A stretch of 39,832 nucleotides of DNA from Octopus bimaculoides (GCF_001194135.2 NC_068981.1:123051905-123091736), one strand, 5' to 3'. Shown: positions 1 to 11,514, numbered from the stretch's first letter. The notes: generated by a model from the sequence alone, not told the origin. Translations and numbers: made by a program.

Positions 1-100
1 TATATATATATGTATGTATATACATATCTATATATATACGTATGCATATGTATGTACATACGTACATGCATACATTACAACATACATGCATGCACACGTG
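1..100. repeat. Mixed (TA)/(TACA)/(CATG) simple repeat
   Basis: Directly visible alternating purine-pyrimidine low-complexity run. Confidence 0.85.
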
Positions 101-574
101 AGTATTGCCCGTATCAGGATTATATGTATGTCTGTTAGATGTGTGTACGTCTCTATCTAAATGGCAATTTTTGCGTCAGTTTACTTGTGAAGAAAAAAAT
201 CGATACTGTCATTGATCTGCAAATGATAACAGTTTCCATAAATCCTTATCTTCATTATCATTGTGATCACTCTGACCTTCATCAGTTCTATTATCATTCA
301 TCTCATAGTTCTGAATTTTCTGTTCTGTTAATTTTTTTACCTTTCATCTTTACGGAGCCTATATTTTAAGCACCAACTGCGCGGTTACGTTATCATTATA
401 TAACTGTGTCACCCCAAATTTCTGTTTAGTTAAAACACATTGTTATTGTTGTTCCTACAATTATTATCTAGTTATGGGTTCACGTATTTTATTCAAGCGC
501 AGACTTTCTGCGGCTCTAATTTATACTAGATTTGGGCATAGGCATGCCACGCTTACTATTATTATTATATATAA

Positions 575-741
575 GGCGGCGAGATGGCAGAATCGTTAGC
601 ACGCCGGGCGAAATGCTTAGCGATATTTCGTCCATCTTTACGTTCTGGATTCAAATTCCGCCGAGGTCGACTTTGCGTTTCGTCCTTTCGAGGTCGATAA
701 TTTAAGTAAGAGCGAAATGTTGGGGTCGTTATTAGAAGGGA
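575..741 (+). mobile_element. tRNA-derived SINE, cephalopod type, relatively intact
   Basis: Begins GGCGGCGAGATGGCAGAATCGTTAGC (A-box-like), has GGATTCAAATTCC (B-box-like) and a central GTCGACTTTGCGTTTCGTCCTTTCGAGGTCGATAA block, followed by an (ATT)n tail. Homologous copies recur in the window. The central block resembles the Sauria/Meta-SINE domain (recalled, unverified). Confidence 0.85.
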
Positions 742-759
742 TCATTATTATTGTTGTTG

Positions 760-816
<57 letters not shown>

Positions 817-860
817 TCATGTTCATTATTATTTTAAGTATTATTATTATTGTCATTATT
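742..860. repeat. (ATT)n microsatellite between the SINE and the LINE 3' end
   Basis: Directly visible. Confidence 0.95.
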
Positions 861-1915
861 GAGTGAGAGAGCAGTGCATGCCATCAAGGTGACACTGGGG
901 TAAGATATACGAAACCCAGTATACCAATCATGACTACCTGCCTGATAAGAGTATACCAGGCACGTGCATCACAACCATATCTGCGTGACATGCTGATCTC
1001 ATATCAAGATAAACAGTGCATGACCTTGCAGGTGGGATCCAGTTAGAATTTTCTCCAAGATAAGTAGCCCATTCTGCTCAAAAGATCTCTGAATAAGGTT
1101 TGTTTAAGGATGATGAACAAAACACCCATGTTTCCGGAGGTGAATTATTCAAATCCCAAATAATTCCTCTCAACACATGGTTATGATACGACCCCACTAC
1201 TTCTGCTCGTGATCAGAGATGCTCAGATCATCAGCCACTAAGGAAGATGCTCAGCTAGTTAAGCCAAAGCAGAATATTAGCTGTAGCCCATTTTGATACC
1301 AAGACAAAACAATGTACATGATAACACTTCCAATCAATTAAGATCAAAAGCCACGAGAGATTTACTTTTAATCTGCATCTTTGTTACAATCACTCGCCAA
1401 CACAACCCAACGTCCTTGGGCGAGTGAACGATAAGAGATGTTACAGTATGATTGAAAGCTTGGGGAGGGAAAGTGACAGGAACAGTAACTCATATATTTA
1501 AACTGATACGATTTTCCTAAGGATGTGTGCAGTACTTGTCAGCACAATCTTTAGGATTTCTCGGAGACATGGTTCTCCTGAGATTATATCAAGATATTTT
1601 TGACATACCTTTCTTATTATCCCAGGGTCACCCAAAATAACAGGAACAGTTTCCGCTTTGAGATGCCACATCTTTTGTATTTCAATTTCCAGGTCCTTAT
1701 ATTTATACAATTTGTCAAATTCCTTATCAGTAGGAACATTTTATCAGTAGGAAAATTTAGATCTATTCGTCTACAAGTATTTTCTTCCCGAGTCTTTAAT
1801 TAGTATATCTGGTCGATTAGCCAGGACCGTTCTGTCGGTGTTGACCGGAAAATCACACACGATAGTGACATTTCTACCTTCAAAGGAGTGCTGGTTTTCT
1901 AGTGTTTACATATTT
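861..1915 (-). mobile_element. 5'-truncated R4/Dong-clade non-LTR retrotransposon (RLE C-terminus plus ~640-bp 3' UTR)
   Basis: Minus-strand translation gives VTIVCDFPVNTDRTVLANRPDILIKD, then (frameshift) [13 protein letters not shown], then [32 protein letters not shown]...[15 protein letters not shown]. This is the PD-(D/E)xK restriction-like endonuclease tail typical of R4/Dong elements. The 3' end abuts (AAT)n on the minus strand. The extent of the 3' UTR is inferred. Confidence 0.8.
1498..1890 (-). pseudogene. Degenerate restriction-like endonuclease (RLE) coding remnant of the LINE
   Basis: RPD...ID...K..KY..L motif order is preserved. There is a frameshift/stop near 1765 and a short CCTACTGATAA duplication. 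Confidence 0.8.
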
Positions 1916-2029
1916 TTCAATATATATAGCGTCCTACCCTTTTATGGCGATTTAAGAATTCGTTTGGCGTCAGCACAGGACATCCCGAGACGAGATGGTT
2001 TATTGCTTCCTATTGTTGCTATTGTTGTT

Positions 2030-2038
2030 GCTGCTGTT

Positions 2039-2070
<32 letters not shown>

Positions 2071-2085
2071 TATTATTATTATTAA

Positions 2086-2166
<81 letters not shown>
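2030..2166. repeat. (ATC)n(ATT)n microsatellite
   Basis: Directly visible; explains the poly-Ile and poly-Leu ORFs. Confidence 0.95.
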
Positions 2167-3144
2167 CCCTACTTAACTCTATGAATTAACATAAAGGATC
2201 ACTTCATATTCTAAATGAATACTCCATCGAACAAAATCTATATTGATGTTTATTGATTTATGTTTCCTTTAATTTTATTTACTCATTTTCATTTCTTATN
2301 NNNNNNNNNNNNNNNNNNNNNNNNNNNNNNNNNNNNNNNNNNNNNNNNNNNNNNNNNNNNNNNNNNNNNNNNNNNNNNNNNNNNNNNNNNNNNNNNNNNN
2401 NNNNNNNNNNNNNNNNNNNNNNNNNNNNNNNNNNNNNNNNNNNNNNNNNNNNNNNNNNNNNNNNNNNNNNNNNNNNNNNNNNNNNNNNNNNNNNNNNNNN
2501 NNNNNNNNNNNNNNNNNNNNNNNNNNNNNNNNNNNNNNNNNNNNNNNNNNNNNNNNNNNNNNNNNNNNNNNNNNNNNNNNNNNNNNNNNNNNNNNNNNNN
2601 NNNNNNNNNNNNNNNNNNNNNNNNNNNNNNNNNNNNNNNNNNNNNNNNNNNNNNNNNNNNNNNNNNNNNNNNNNNNNNNNNNNNNNNNNNNNNNNNNNNN
2701 NNNNNNNNNNNNNNNNNNNNNNNNNNNNNNNNNNNNNNNNNNNNNNNNNNNNNNNNNNNNNNNNNNNNNNNNNNNNNNNNNNNNNNNNNNNNNNNNNNNN
2801 NNNNNNNNNNNNNNNNNNNNNNNNNNNNNNNNNNNNNNNNNNNNNNNNNNNNNNNNNNNNNNNNNNNNNNNNNNNNNNNNNNNNNNNNNNNNNNNNNNNN
2901 NNNNNNNNNNNNNNNNNNNNNNNNNNNNNNNNNNNNNNNNNNNNNNNNNNNNNNNNNNNNNNNNNNNNNNNNNNNNNNNNNNNNNNNNNNNNNNNNNNNN
3001 NNNNNNNNNNNNNNNNNNNNNNNNNNNNNNNNNNNNNNNNNNNNNNTGTATAAACTTAAAGTAAAGAGAAAATGGAGAAATATTGATCAACAACAGTTGA
3101 CATATCAATCTTTTTTATTCCAACGTCTAACTCTACTAAACTAA

Positions 3145-3179
<35 letters not shown>

Positions 3180-3524
3180 GTATCATAACAGCGCTGTATT
3201 TTCTGATGAGGGCTTTTAAAGGAGTGTCTTACTTGTTTCTTTTTTCCTTTGGGTTTTTTTTTCTTTGTAAACACCAGGGCGTGAAAATATTGGTTTTCAG
3301 ATAATGTTTTGATATTTATCAAACGGAACAGGAAATCAAGAGGCGCATGAAAAAAAAAATGATGCTGAGCAGTCTTTATTGAAATATCACTTCCTTGCAC
3401 TTGACATGACATAACATTTGCCTAACAGATATTCACATTAGAGCAGGAAGGAACTCTTTATATACACACACTATATTCTTCTATATGTAATTAAGTATAA
3501 TTTTATTTCATTATGAACATACCT

Positions 3525-3639
3525 ACCTACGTACATTCCTACCTGCCTACCTACCAACTTGCCTACCAAAATGCCTACCTTACTATATACATCTAACCAT
3601 CCATCCATCCATCCATCCACCAATCCATCCAGCCGAACA

Positions 3640-3670
<31 letters not shown>
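3525..3670. repeat. Compound (CCTA)/(CCAT)/(CATA) tetranucleotide repeat
   Basis: Directly visible. Confidence 0.9.
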
Positions 3671-3672
<2 letters not shown>

Positions 3673-3887
3673 GCGCACGATATAGTCACTAGACACAAAT
3701 TTACCAGAATGGCTTTGATCGATTAAATCGATCCAGTATTTTAATGTTTCTATATTTTATCGAAGTTTGAAGTCAAAGCGTAAAATAGATCACTAGCCGA
3801 CAAATTGTCAGGAAATTTATAAACATATAAACACAAACCATTGAATCGAATTACTATCCGTTTTGATATTCGAGTCAATAGTGTATA

Positions 3888-4791
3888 GGAGGGGTACCCA
3901 AAAGTAACGGGAAATTTTCTCTGTGAGTCAAACCCATTGTAGTTCAGGCTTTCGCCGCTACAAACCTCTTCGTGGGCTCCTCAGAATTCAGTTTGCCGAC
4001 CGTCGTCATTGTCTTCTGTCGTACAACCATATGGTGTGACTTCGTTTTGCAATATTTCTTCCCTGTTCGTCGATTTTTGCGATGGCTAAAACGAAGTAAC
4101 AGCGTGCTTCCGTGAAATTCTGTTTTCTGGTGGAGAAAACGGCGGCCAAGACAGTTGTTATGCTTCAAACAGATTACAAGACGGCTGCCATGAGCAAAAC
4201 ACAAGTTTACGTGGCATTTTCACGTTTTAGGAATAGTCCCTTGCTGTTTGAATATCAGCCTCTTTTGGAACGGCAGCGATCTCCCGAATGAATGAAAATA
4301 TCATGAAAGTTCATGGACTGATCTTACAGGACGGTTACCGATCAATTTACAAAGTTTTTGATATGACTGGTGTGTCCTGGTGTTCCTGCGAACGACATTT
4401 GAGAGAGGAATTGCGATTGAAAAGAGTTGTAGCAAAAGTTGTGCCTCCCTTTCTCATGGAAGATCAAAAGCAGTCTTGATAGAATACTTGTCGTGAACTG
4501 AAAGAACAATTGGAAATTGATCCGACCGTTTTTCGAAGGTCATCACTAGTGACGAAAGATGGTACTACGGAATTTGCAGATGTGGAAGGGGTGAAAGAAA
4601 AAAACAACAGAGGTGTTAAAAGGCATCACTTCGCAAGAGTTCCAGCACTGCGTCCAACAGGGGAAAACACGCCTGGATCGATGCATTGCTTCAAATGGGG
4701 AATATTTCGAAAGCAATAAGAGTTTAAACATGTAAAACTAAGTGAATAAAATAATATTGCAAAATAGACGTTTCTTTTGGGTAACCCCTCG
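3888..4791 (+). mobile_element. Internally deleted mariner transposon (irritans/Hsmar2-like), TA-flanked
   Basis: Left end is TA|GGAGGGGTACCCAAAAGTAACG; right end is CGTTTCTTTTGGGTAACCCCTCG|TA (matching TIRs). Remnant peptides: QRASVKFCFLVEK..., KRVVAKVVP (WVP-like linker), VITSDERWYY (first catalytic D), then a jump to FADVEGVK and MHCFKWGIF (C-terminus). Most of the DDD core is lost at ~4570. Subfamily is assigned from the recalled CGAGGGG TIR start. Confidence 0.88.
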
Positions 4792-4812
4792 TATATGTAT
4801 TTCTCGTGTGCC

Positions 4813-4895
4813 TTATTCTGTCTTCACATCAACCGTTAGATGGTCGAATTCTATCAACTGTTCCTTGATGTCGTCATAGGTGTAATGGAGAGTCG
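4813..4895 (-). CDS. Candidate downstream coding exon (TLHYTYDDIKEQLIEFDHLTVDVKTE*), DH second-helix-like
   Basis: The peptide YDDIKEQLIEFDHL matches the spacing of recalled RasGRF1 DH sequence YQGLKARISSWPTL. It is preceded by a pyrimidine tract, but this ends TTTCGCAA rather than AG. No convincing donor precedes the stop. Confidence 0.3.
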
Positions 4896-5100
4896 TTGCG
4901 AAACACAAAAGTAACAGCTTACTGTGCCGGTTTACATTAAACTCTCTATATGTATCAGTCTGTCTCTCTACCTATCTATTTGTCAGTCTATCTGTTTGCC
5001 ACTCTGTCTACGTACATATATATTTGTGTGTATACGTGTGCTTATATATATATGCATATGTCCATATCTATATCTGTTCAGTTATGCACACACGTAAATT

Positions 5101-5149
<49 letters not shown>

Positions 5150-5206
5150 ATAGATAGACAGACAGACAGAGAGACAGACAGGCAGACAGACAGAAAGGCA
5201 GACAGA
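5101..5206. repeat. (GATA)n(GACA)n microsatellite
   Basis: Directly visible. Confidence 0.95.
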
Positions 5207-6451
5207 AAATTGATGAATGGCGTCTTTATTTAAAACTTCTCTACAATTGTTTCAGCACTTTTACATCTGTAGTTCATTGATGAACTGTGTGATCATTATC
5301 ATCCATCTAAGGTGTAAAGTTTGCCTCCTCAGGTTATTGTTTAAATAAGTCATTCGTTATATTACATTCATCATTTCATTCAGTGTAAGACTGTAGAGCA
5401 AGAGCGGTGTGTCATTGCTATGGGTTTAGTTTTGTCTGCAAACTGCTGAAAATGACTCAACACCTTTTGTACGCACTCTCGTACTAAGTGAAATGACGTC
5501 GGTATCTAACGAAATACTTATTCAAGCAATCATCTGGGGGGAAACTTTGCACCTTCGATTAAAATGATTGGTAATGATTACACCTCTCATCAATGTGTTA
5601 GCTGTGTAAAAGAAAATGCGTCGAAACAATTATAAATGATTTTAAATAAAGAATATCATTCAATCCATTTTAAACCGTTTATTCATTTATTTATATAAAT
5701 TCGACAGATATTGCGAAATTCCTCATACGTATCCAGTAGTAGGAGCATTTCCAATGTATAATGATATTTGGCAGCCAAAATCTGTAGAAGAGATTTGCAT
5801 AGCATTTTGCAAGGTTTTGACCCCAATTTTATTTAACTATAGATATATATTTGACGTCAACTTTCAGTGAGTACAGGTTGCATCGGATGCTCTTGAAAAT
5901 TCTGTGCCTTAGAATCATCATATAAAGAAAACACCCATTAATAAACCGGATATTGTAGCTTAATTACATCTATATACCAATATCTGAAATATTTTATCTG
6001 TATACTGAGTGTTGAGATATAACAAATAAATTTGATTATTAAAAGCTTATTATGATGTATACTTACAATCGATTTATTGATAATATTTATGTATGGCTTA
6101 AAGTTTGCTACATATTTATTGATGTCTTGATTACTGAGTAAATTTAGGATAGATTAGGATAATTAATAGATAATACTTGAAAACTTTTTATAGTTGAACT
6201 GAAGTCAAATAAATATCCACTAAAAATATCTTAAATGTCAGAAAGTTTAATTAATATATCAAACTTTGATAAATACTTTAGTGACTTAACTGGGGTTTTT
6301 TTAATAGTGTGACATGCTTTATAACTTTATTTATGCTGGTATGTTACTTATTATTTAATAAGTACATATCAACTTTTTAACTATTAGGAAATGCTTAAAG
6401 GTAAAACATGATGGAATATAACAGAAACGAATAAAATAACATTTAAGCAAA

Positions 6452-6499
6452 TAGCAGCAGTAACAGTAGCAGCAGTAGCATCAGCATCATCATCATCGT

Positions 6500-6530
<31 letters not shown>

Positions 6531-6541
6531 AGCAGCAGTAA

Positions 6542-6574
<33 letters not shown>
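6452..6574. repeat. Compound (CAG)/(CAT)/(TAG) trinucleotide repeat
   Basis: Directly visible. Confidence 0.95.
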
Positions 6575-7220
6575 ATTCTTACTTTATTTTCTTAGAATTA
6601 GCCGCAGCAAATGTGGCAGTTGGTTAACGATCGATATTTGAGTGGTTTTCAAACATCTGTAAATAAGCTCTCCTTTCCCGAAGAGGCGCAAGTGATCGCA
6701 GATTATTTTCACCAAAGATAAACAGATTTTATACAGAATGATTTTACTACCCATGTTTTTAACAATATCCTAAATTGTGTGTATCGTTATAAATACATTC
6801 TTATAGGACCCCATCACTACGTCTTTTCTTCTCGGATAATTAATTTGATTAGTGCTCCTCATGTCAAATTTTTATGCATATTCCTGTTGAAGGCAAGTAG
6901 TTAGTTATATAATAAAATTATATAACAAAGTTATATAATAAATTTCGACATTTTGTTAAAATTGGAAAGAAAGAAATGCAAGACATTAAGCGACTTTTGC
7001 CGCTCTGAATTGAGGAATATAACGAATTAAGTCTATGGAGTACCGGCAAGCAAGTGTGTTCTTGCAGCCTGAGAAGTCCAGAGAAGAGGGTAGCACTTGT
7101 CATTGTACTCCGCGGGAATAATTTAAAAGAAAGAAACTCTGAACATAACTTGTTCTTCATTTTCATAATGATACTTAAATATACAAACTAAAACCATTTT
7201 TTACTATACTATTTACTTTA

Positions 7221-7260
7221 GCAGGGGTAGTTTGACCCCGGTTCTTAATACTAGAGTGAC
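7221..7260. mobile_element. Possible decayed piggyBac-type terminus
   Basis: Subterminal palindrome GGGGTAGTTTGACCCC followed by GGTTCTTAATACTAGAGTGAC resembles GGGGTCAATTTGACCCC...GGGTTAA ends of piggyBac-family elements (recalled). The partner end was not found. Confidence 0.3.
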
Positions 7261-7929
7261 ACTATATTTGTTATCATCAGCAAATATAGTGTCACTTGTC
7301 TTGTGGGCGATTTTAAAGGAGTCAGTTCTGTAGAAAGTGTTTGAAATATATCTGTAAACCTGAGACAATTTGTCTTCCTCACAACTGACCCAAATATCCT
7401 ATAACGGATATGCTTTGCCTTCCACCCTCCCACTAAGCCATGAATGAAACTATTCTGCACATACAATAACAGCCATACCAATTTAAGACACCCCATCATC
7501 AGCTGCCCCACGGATAGCACTATGGTTTCGACACCTGAACAGTAGCATTCAATCCAGTGGTACCATTCAATCCGGTATGTATGTATGTATGTATGTATGT
7601 ATGTTATTATTCTATCGTTAATAACCTTCTGCAGAAATTGTTTTTTATGATAGTCTCATAAAATTTCCAGGCATCTTATTGTACTACGAGATTAAAATAT
7701 TTTTCGCTAGAAAGTAAAGGAGTTAAACAGGCCTTCGGCTGGAACATCGGATCAATTGCGTGGTGTCTACAAAATGCGGACGGTCGGCACTGTTTCAAAA
7801 TTATTGAGGTGACACGAAGCAAATTAAAACATACGAGGTTATAAAATGTGCATAAACTAACTAGAACAAATCTGTTGACTTGGAATGTGGTAGCAAGTTC
7901 TTCACATTCCATAATTCAGTTTAAGTTGT

Positions 7930-8200
7930 TTAGTACACGTGCTGTTCTTTGAGGTTGCACGTGTTGCCAATACAGACGAGAACTAATGCTCGTAAATCGT
8001 CGGTAAATAGGCTCTTTTTTCTTCCACATTTCATCTGTTTCACTGACCTGAAACCCTCGTGAATGCTGCCACCGAGGAGAGCATTTGATATATGAGATAC
8101 TCCTAGCTGCTTTCTCTATAGGAAAGTAAGGCTTGCTAGGCCGTTACTGATGATCTAGAGAACGTTTTGATATGACATATTCTCAGCAGTGTTTCCTGAA
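7930..8200 (-). mobile_element. Possible hAT transposase C-terminal dimerisation-domain remnant
   Basis: Frameshifted minus-strand pieces YFPIEKAARSI / SNA...GFRSVN / MKCGRKKSLFTDDLRALVL follow the FP.L.KLA...SNA..ER.FS.VN..K...R..L..D.L.AL pattern. Heavily decayed. Confidence 0.3.
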
Positions 8201-9253
8201 TTTTCTGAGGTCTAAATTTTAAAACATGTTTCTAAACATATCTGATGTAGCGATGCTACCACTACGGTTAGGGTTGCTAGTTCAGGCTAAGTTCTAAAAT
8301 AAGTCACTGTCATCAAACCAACCTGTCTGAAATCCACAGAGTATGAATGGCTACTCTCCACGTTTCTCTGCATCAATATCTACAGACAATTACATATGGA
8401 ATTATATCGATTAATTATTAAAGCCCGTAAGAATGATTCAGTTACAAACCAAGTATATAATAAAAATGGACCCGAATTATTAACAAGAAAAGCAGTCTTG
8501 ATGGCTTAAAAAGGTAATAGTATTAACATGATTGAAGGCATGTATACTTGGCTTCTCTTCTCTAACAATTTTTCTTCGGTATATAAAATGATGTTTCACA
8601 ACTATATTTTATAAAATCTAGATGGTATGATATGGTATACTCATATTTGTAAGAAGAGCAATTTTTCAGTTAAGCCTGAAGGCGAAAGTGAAGAGAAACA
8701 AGTTGCAGAGCTAGTGTGTGGGCGTAATTCTACAATTATTCTAATGCTCCTCTACGAAAGTTGGCATCATATTTATATACATGCAATGCGCTAAATATAT
8801 ATATATATATATATANNNNNNNNNNNNNNNNNNNNATATATGAATATATACTTTCATATATGTTTGATTGTATTTATGTATACACACACAAACACATATA
8901 TATATGTATGCATAATATCTATGTGTATGCATTTTTCTGTATGTATATTAATGCATGCGTGTATGTGTTTCAGTGTGTAGATATAAAACCCTGTTAACAG
9001 AGACCTTAACTTTCGCCTAAAGGCTTATTCACTTAATTTCTATAAATATGCTATCAGGTGAAACTTAATGTCTCATTCATCTCGAACATTTATAATAAAG
9101 TTGAAACTAAAATTTAACTTTTTCTATTTTCTTAAATTATCTTAAAAATAATAACAACGAAAGCACACATACACACAAGCACTTGATGTTAGTGTGTATA
9201 CATGAATGTTGGTACTTTTATATGTGTTTGAATTTCCTTTTCTTACTATATAA

Positions 9254-9352
9254 TATAGGGTATATCAATTATTTTCTACCGTAGTGACAAAACCTGAAAT
9301 TTTAGTGGAGAGGAATAATCGAAGTGCTAACGATTTTGTCTTCATGCAGCCT
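9254..9352 (-). mobile_element. Decayed, internally deleted SINE
   Basis: Reverse complements of the SINE 3' end (ACAAAACCTGAAATTTT) and 5' end (GTGCTAACGATTTTG) are joined. Confidence 0.55.
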
Positions 9353-9394
9353 TAAGGGCATATAATAATTCAATCTAATATACAGGTTATAATA

Positions 9395-9596
9395 TTTCTT
9401 TCTACAATTGGGACAAGGCTTGAAATTTTATTGGACAAGGAGTATTTTGCATGGATCCCATCACTCAACTGGTATCATTTCATTAATCACAGAAGATATG
9501 AACGACAAAGATTTTGAGCTCGAACGGTCGAAATAAAGCTAAGTATTTTGTCTTACGTGCTAAAACTTCTAACGGATTGCGGCCTTAATATATGTT
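9395..9596 (-). mobile_element. Decayed SINE
   Basis: GGGACAAGGCTTGAAATTTT...CAACTGGTATCATTT...GCTAAGTATTTTG...GTGCTAA is a reverse-complement match to the 575-741 and 13297-13524 family. Confidence 0.65.
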
Positions 9597-9809
9597 AAAG
9601 TATAAACGTAGAACATGCGGGGTAAGGTACTTATGATATATATATTAGTAATAACATAAATTAACTTTTGGTCTCTAGCAAATGAAGCGCAACAATAAAA
9701 TCGTGAATGCATCAAACGAATCTTTCTAAAGATATCTCTGCATGCGAAATGAGAACCAGTTCCGATTTTGACATATGAAATTGTATACACACACAAATAT
9801 GAAACTGTT

Positions 9810-9814
<5 letters not shown>

Positions 9815-9888
<74 letters not shown>
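9815..9888. repeat. (CA)n microsatellite
   Basis: Directly visible. Confidence 0.95.
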
Positions 9889-9967
9889 NNNNNNNNNNNN
9901 NNNNNNNNNNNNNNNNNNNNNNNNNNNNNNNNNNNNNNNNNNNNNNNNNNNNNNNNNNNNNNNNNNN

Positions 9968-10006
<39 letters not shown>

Positions 10007-10353
10007 TCTTATTTTATACATTGTTAAAGATCGACGTTTGGCGTTCATAACCATGGTGGAGCTCGTAGTGTAAGCAATCTCATCTTACATTTCGGCACGA
10101 ACAAAACATTTTGCGCCTGTAGCTTTTGTCGACACCGTGTCTATGTGTGTATGTGTGTAGGTCTGTACGTTCGTACGTACGTATGATGTATAATCAGAAG
10201 AATGTGTAACACCAAATTCAATTAGAAATTACAACTTCAGAAGTTACGATTGGCAATTTCTTGCCTTATTTATTTGAAACATGGGTCTCTATACATTTCT
10301 GTGTATGTTTGTATGTATATGTGTGTGCATGTGTTTGTGTGTGTGTATGTGTA

Positions 10354-10393
<40 letters not shown>

Positions 10394-10504
10394 AGAGAGT
10401 ATGTATGTGTGTGGGGTTCGTTTTGTCAACATATTCGTACATTTCTTTCTTTCTAATTTGATCATCAGTTGCTGCTGAGTCAAAGCTAAGAAACGTCTCC
10501 GCCG

Positions 10505-10614
10505 CTTCTTCTTCTTCTTCTTCTTCTTCTTCTTCTTCTTCTTCTTCTTCTTCTTCTTCTTCTTCTTCTTCTTCTTCTTCTTCTTCTTCTTCTTCTTCTT
10601 CTTCTTCTTCTTCT
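10505..10614. repeat. Perfect (CTT)n / (GAA)n microsatellite
   Basis: Directly visible; explains the poly-Glu ORF at 10266-10652. Confidence 0.97.
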
Positions 10615-11406
10615 ACGTATTGACCCGTGTGAATGGGGGCTGCTTTAAACATACACTTGAAGACCAGAGGGGCTTGAGCAAGAAAGAAATGCCAGCTTGA
10701 GGTGCTCTTGGCGCTCGGGGTAACCAGGTTCAGTAAGGGTCCTTGGTTGACTCAGGAGGAAATTTTGGAGAATTTCATTATTGAAATTGTATTATTAATT
10801 GTTATTATTCTTATTGTATTTCTGTGGTAACCTCCCACACTCTTGTCTTTTGTTTTGTATTATACATTTTCGTTTTCTGTTCGATCTTTGTGGCCAATAA
10901 AGATTATTACAAATGCATCTACACACTACGCTGTGTTTTATTTCGTGTGCTCAGGCTTTGAGATTAGCAGTCATCATTCAAAACCCGTCTGCTACGATTT
11001 GCCTTACACTTGCTTCTCGTATGTTTCTTTATTTTTCTTTTCAGTCTGCTGAAGTCAGTTACTTCCTCTCCTCCTTTACGTTTTCATATTCTTATCGTTG
11101 ATGATTGCTGTGTCAATTATGTCACATTTTATTTTCTATCTTTCTTGTACCAGACGAAAATATTCGTTCTATCATTTAGACGGTTTTCTTGTTGTTATTG
11201 TTTATTTTAATGAGCAGGATGGATGCAATCACTTGCTGGAAGATGCCCTACGGCAAGTGAAGGTCACGAGATGTTTAAATTTAACAGAAAGCTTGGGCGG
11301 CAGAACGCATAGCAGAAGAAAGTTCATATAATACATCACGAGACAAACATTTTAATTGATAGGGTTTTTGTAAGGATGTAGGCGTACTTGCCAACAGTTT
11401 TGGATT

Positions 11407-11514
11407 TAGTAGTAGTAGTAGTAGTAGTAGGAGGAGGAGGAGGAGGAGGAGGAGGAGGAGGAGGAGATGAAGGAGGAGGGGAGGAAGAGGAGGCGAAAGA
11501 GGAGGAGGAGGAGT
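11407..11514. repeat. (TAG)n(GGA)n microsatellite
   Basis: Directly visible; explains the poly-Pro/Thr ORF. Confidence 0.95.

Noticed and set aside
575-665. tRNA-like A/B boxes
   Set aside because: No cloverleaf with a proper acceptor stem, and the sequence runs into a SINE core and tail. It is a SINE head, not a tRNA gene.
2253-3144. Long ORFs spanning N-gaps (also at 18530-19519, 31757-32552, 36361-36984 and 38142-38874)
   Set aside because: They are open only because NNN codons are not stops; the flanks are (TA)n.
3203-3230. CTGATGAG hammerhead-like word (also 1229-1235 on the minus strand and ~8147)
   Set aside because: No GAAA at a distance compatible with stem II, and no flanking stems.
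8615-8794. ORF with RCC1-like KQVAELVCGRNST
   Set aside because: A single short motif with weak splice sites; compatible with chance.
10088-10140. Candidate linker exons for the DH model (also 16254-16288, 16720-16763 and 6583-6656)
   Set aside because: Phase mismatches, in-frame stops or unconvincing peptides.
10266-10652. Poly-Glu ORF, and poly-Pro/Thr ORF at 11336-11605
   Set aside because: They are trinucleotide repeats with no supporting splice or domain evidence.
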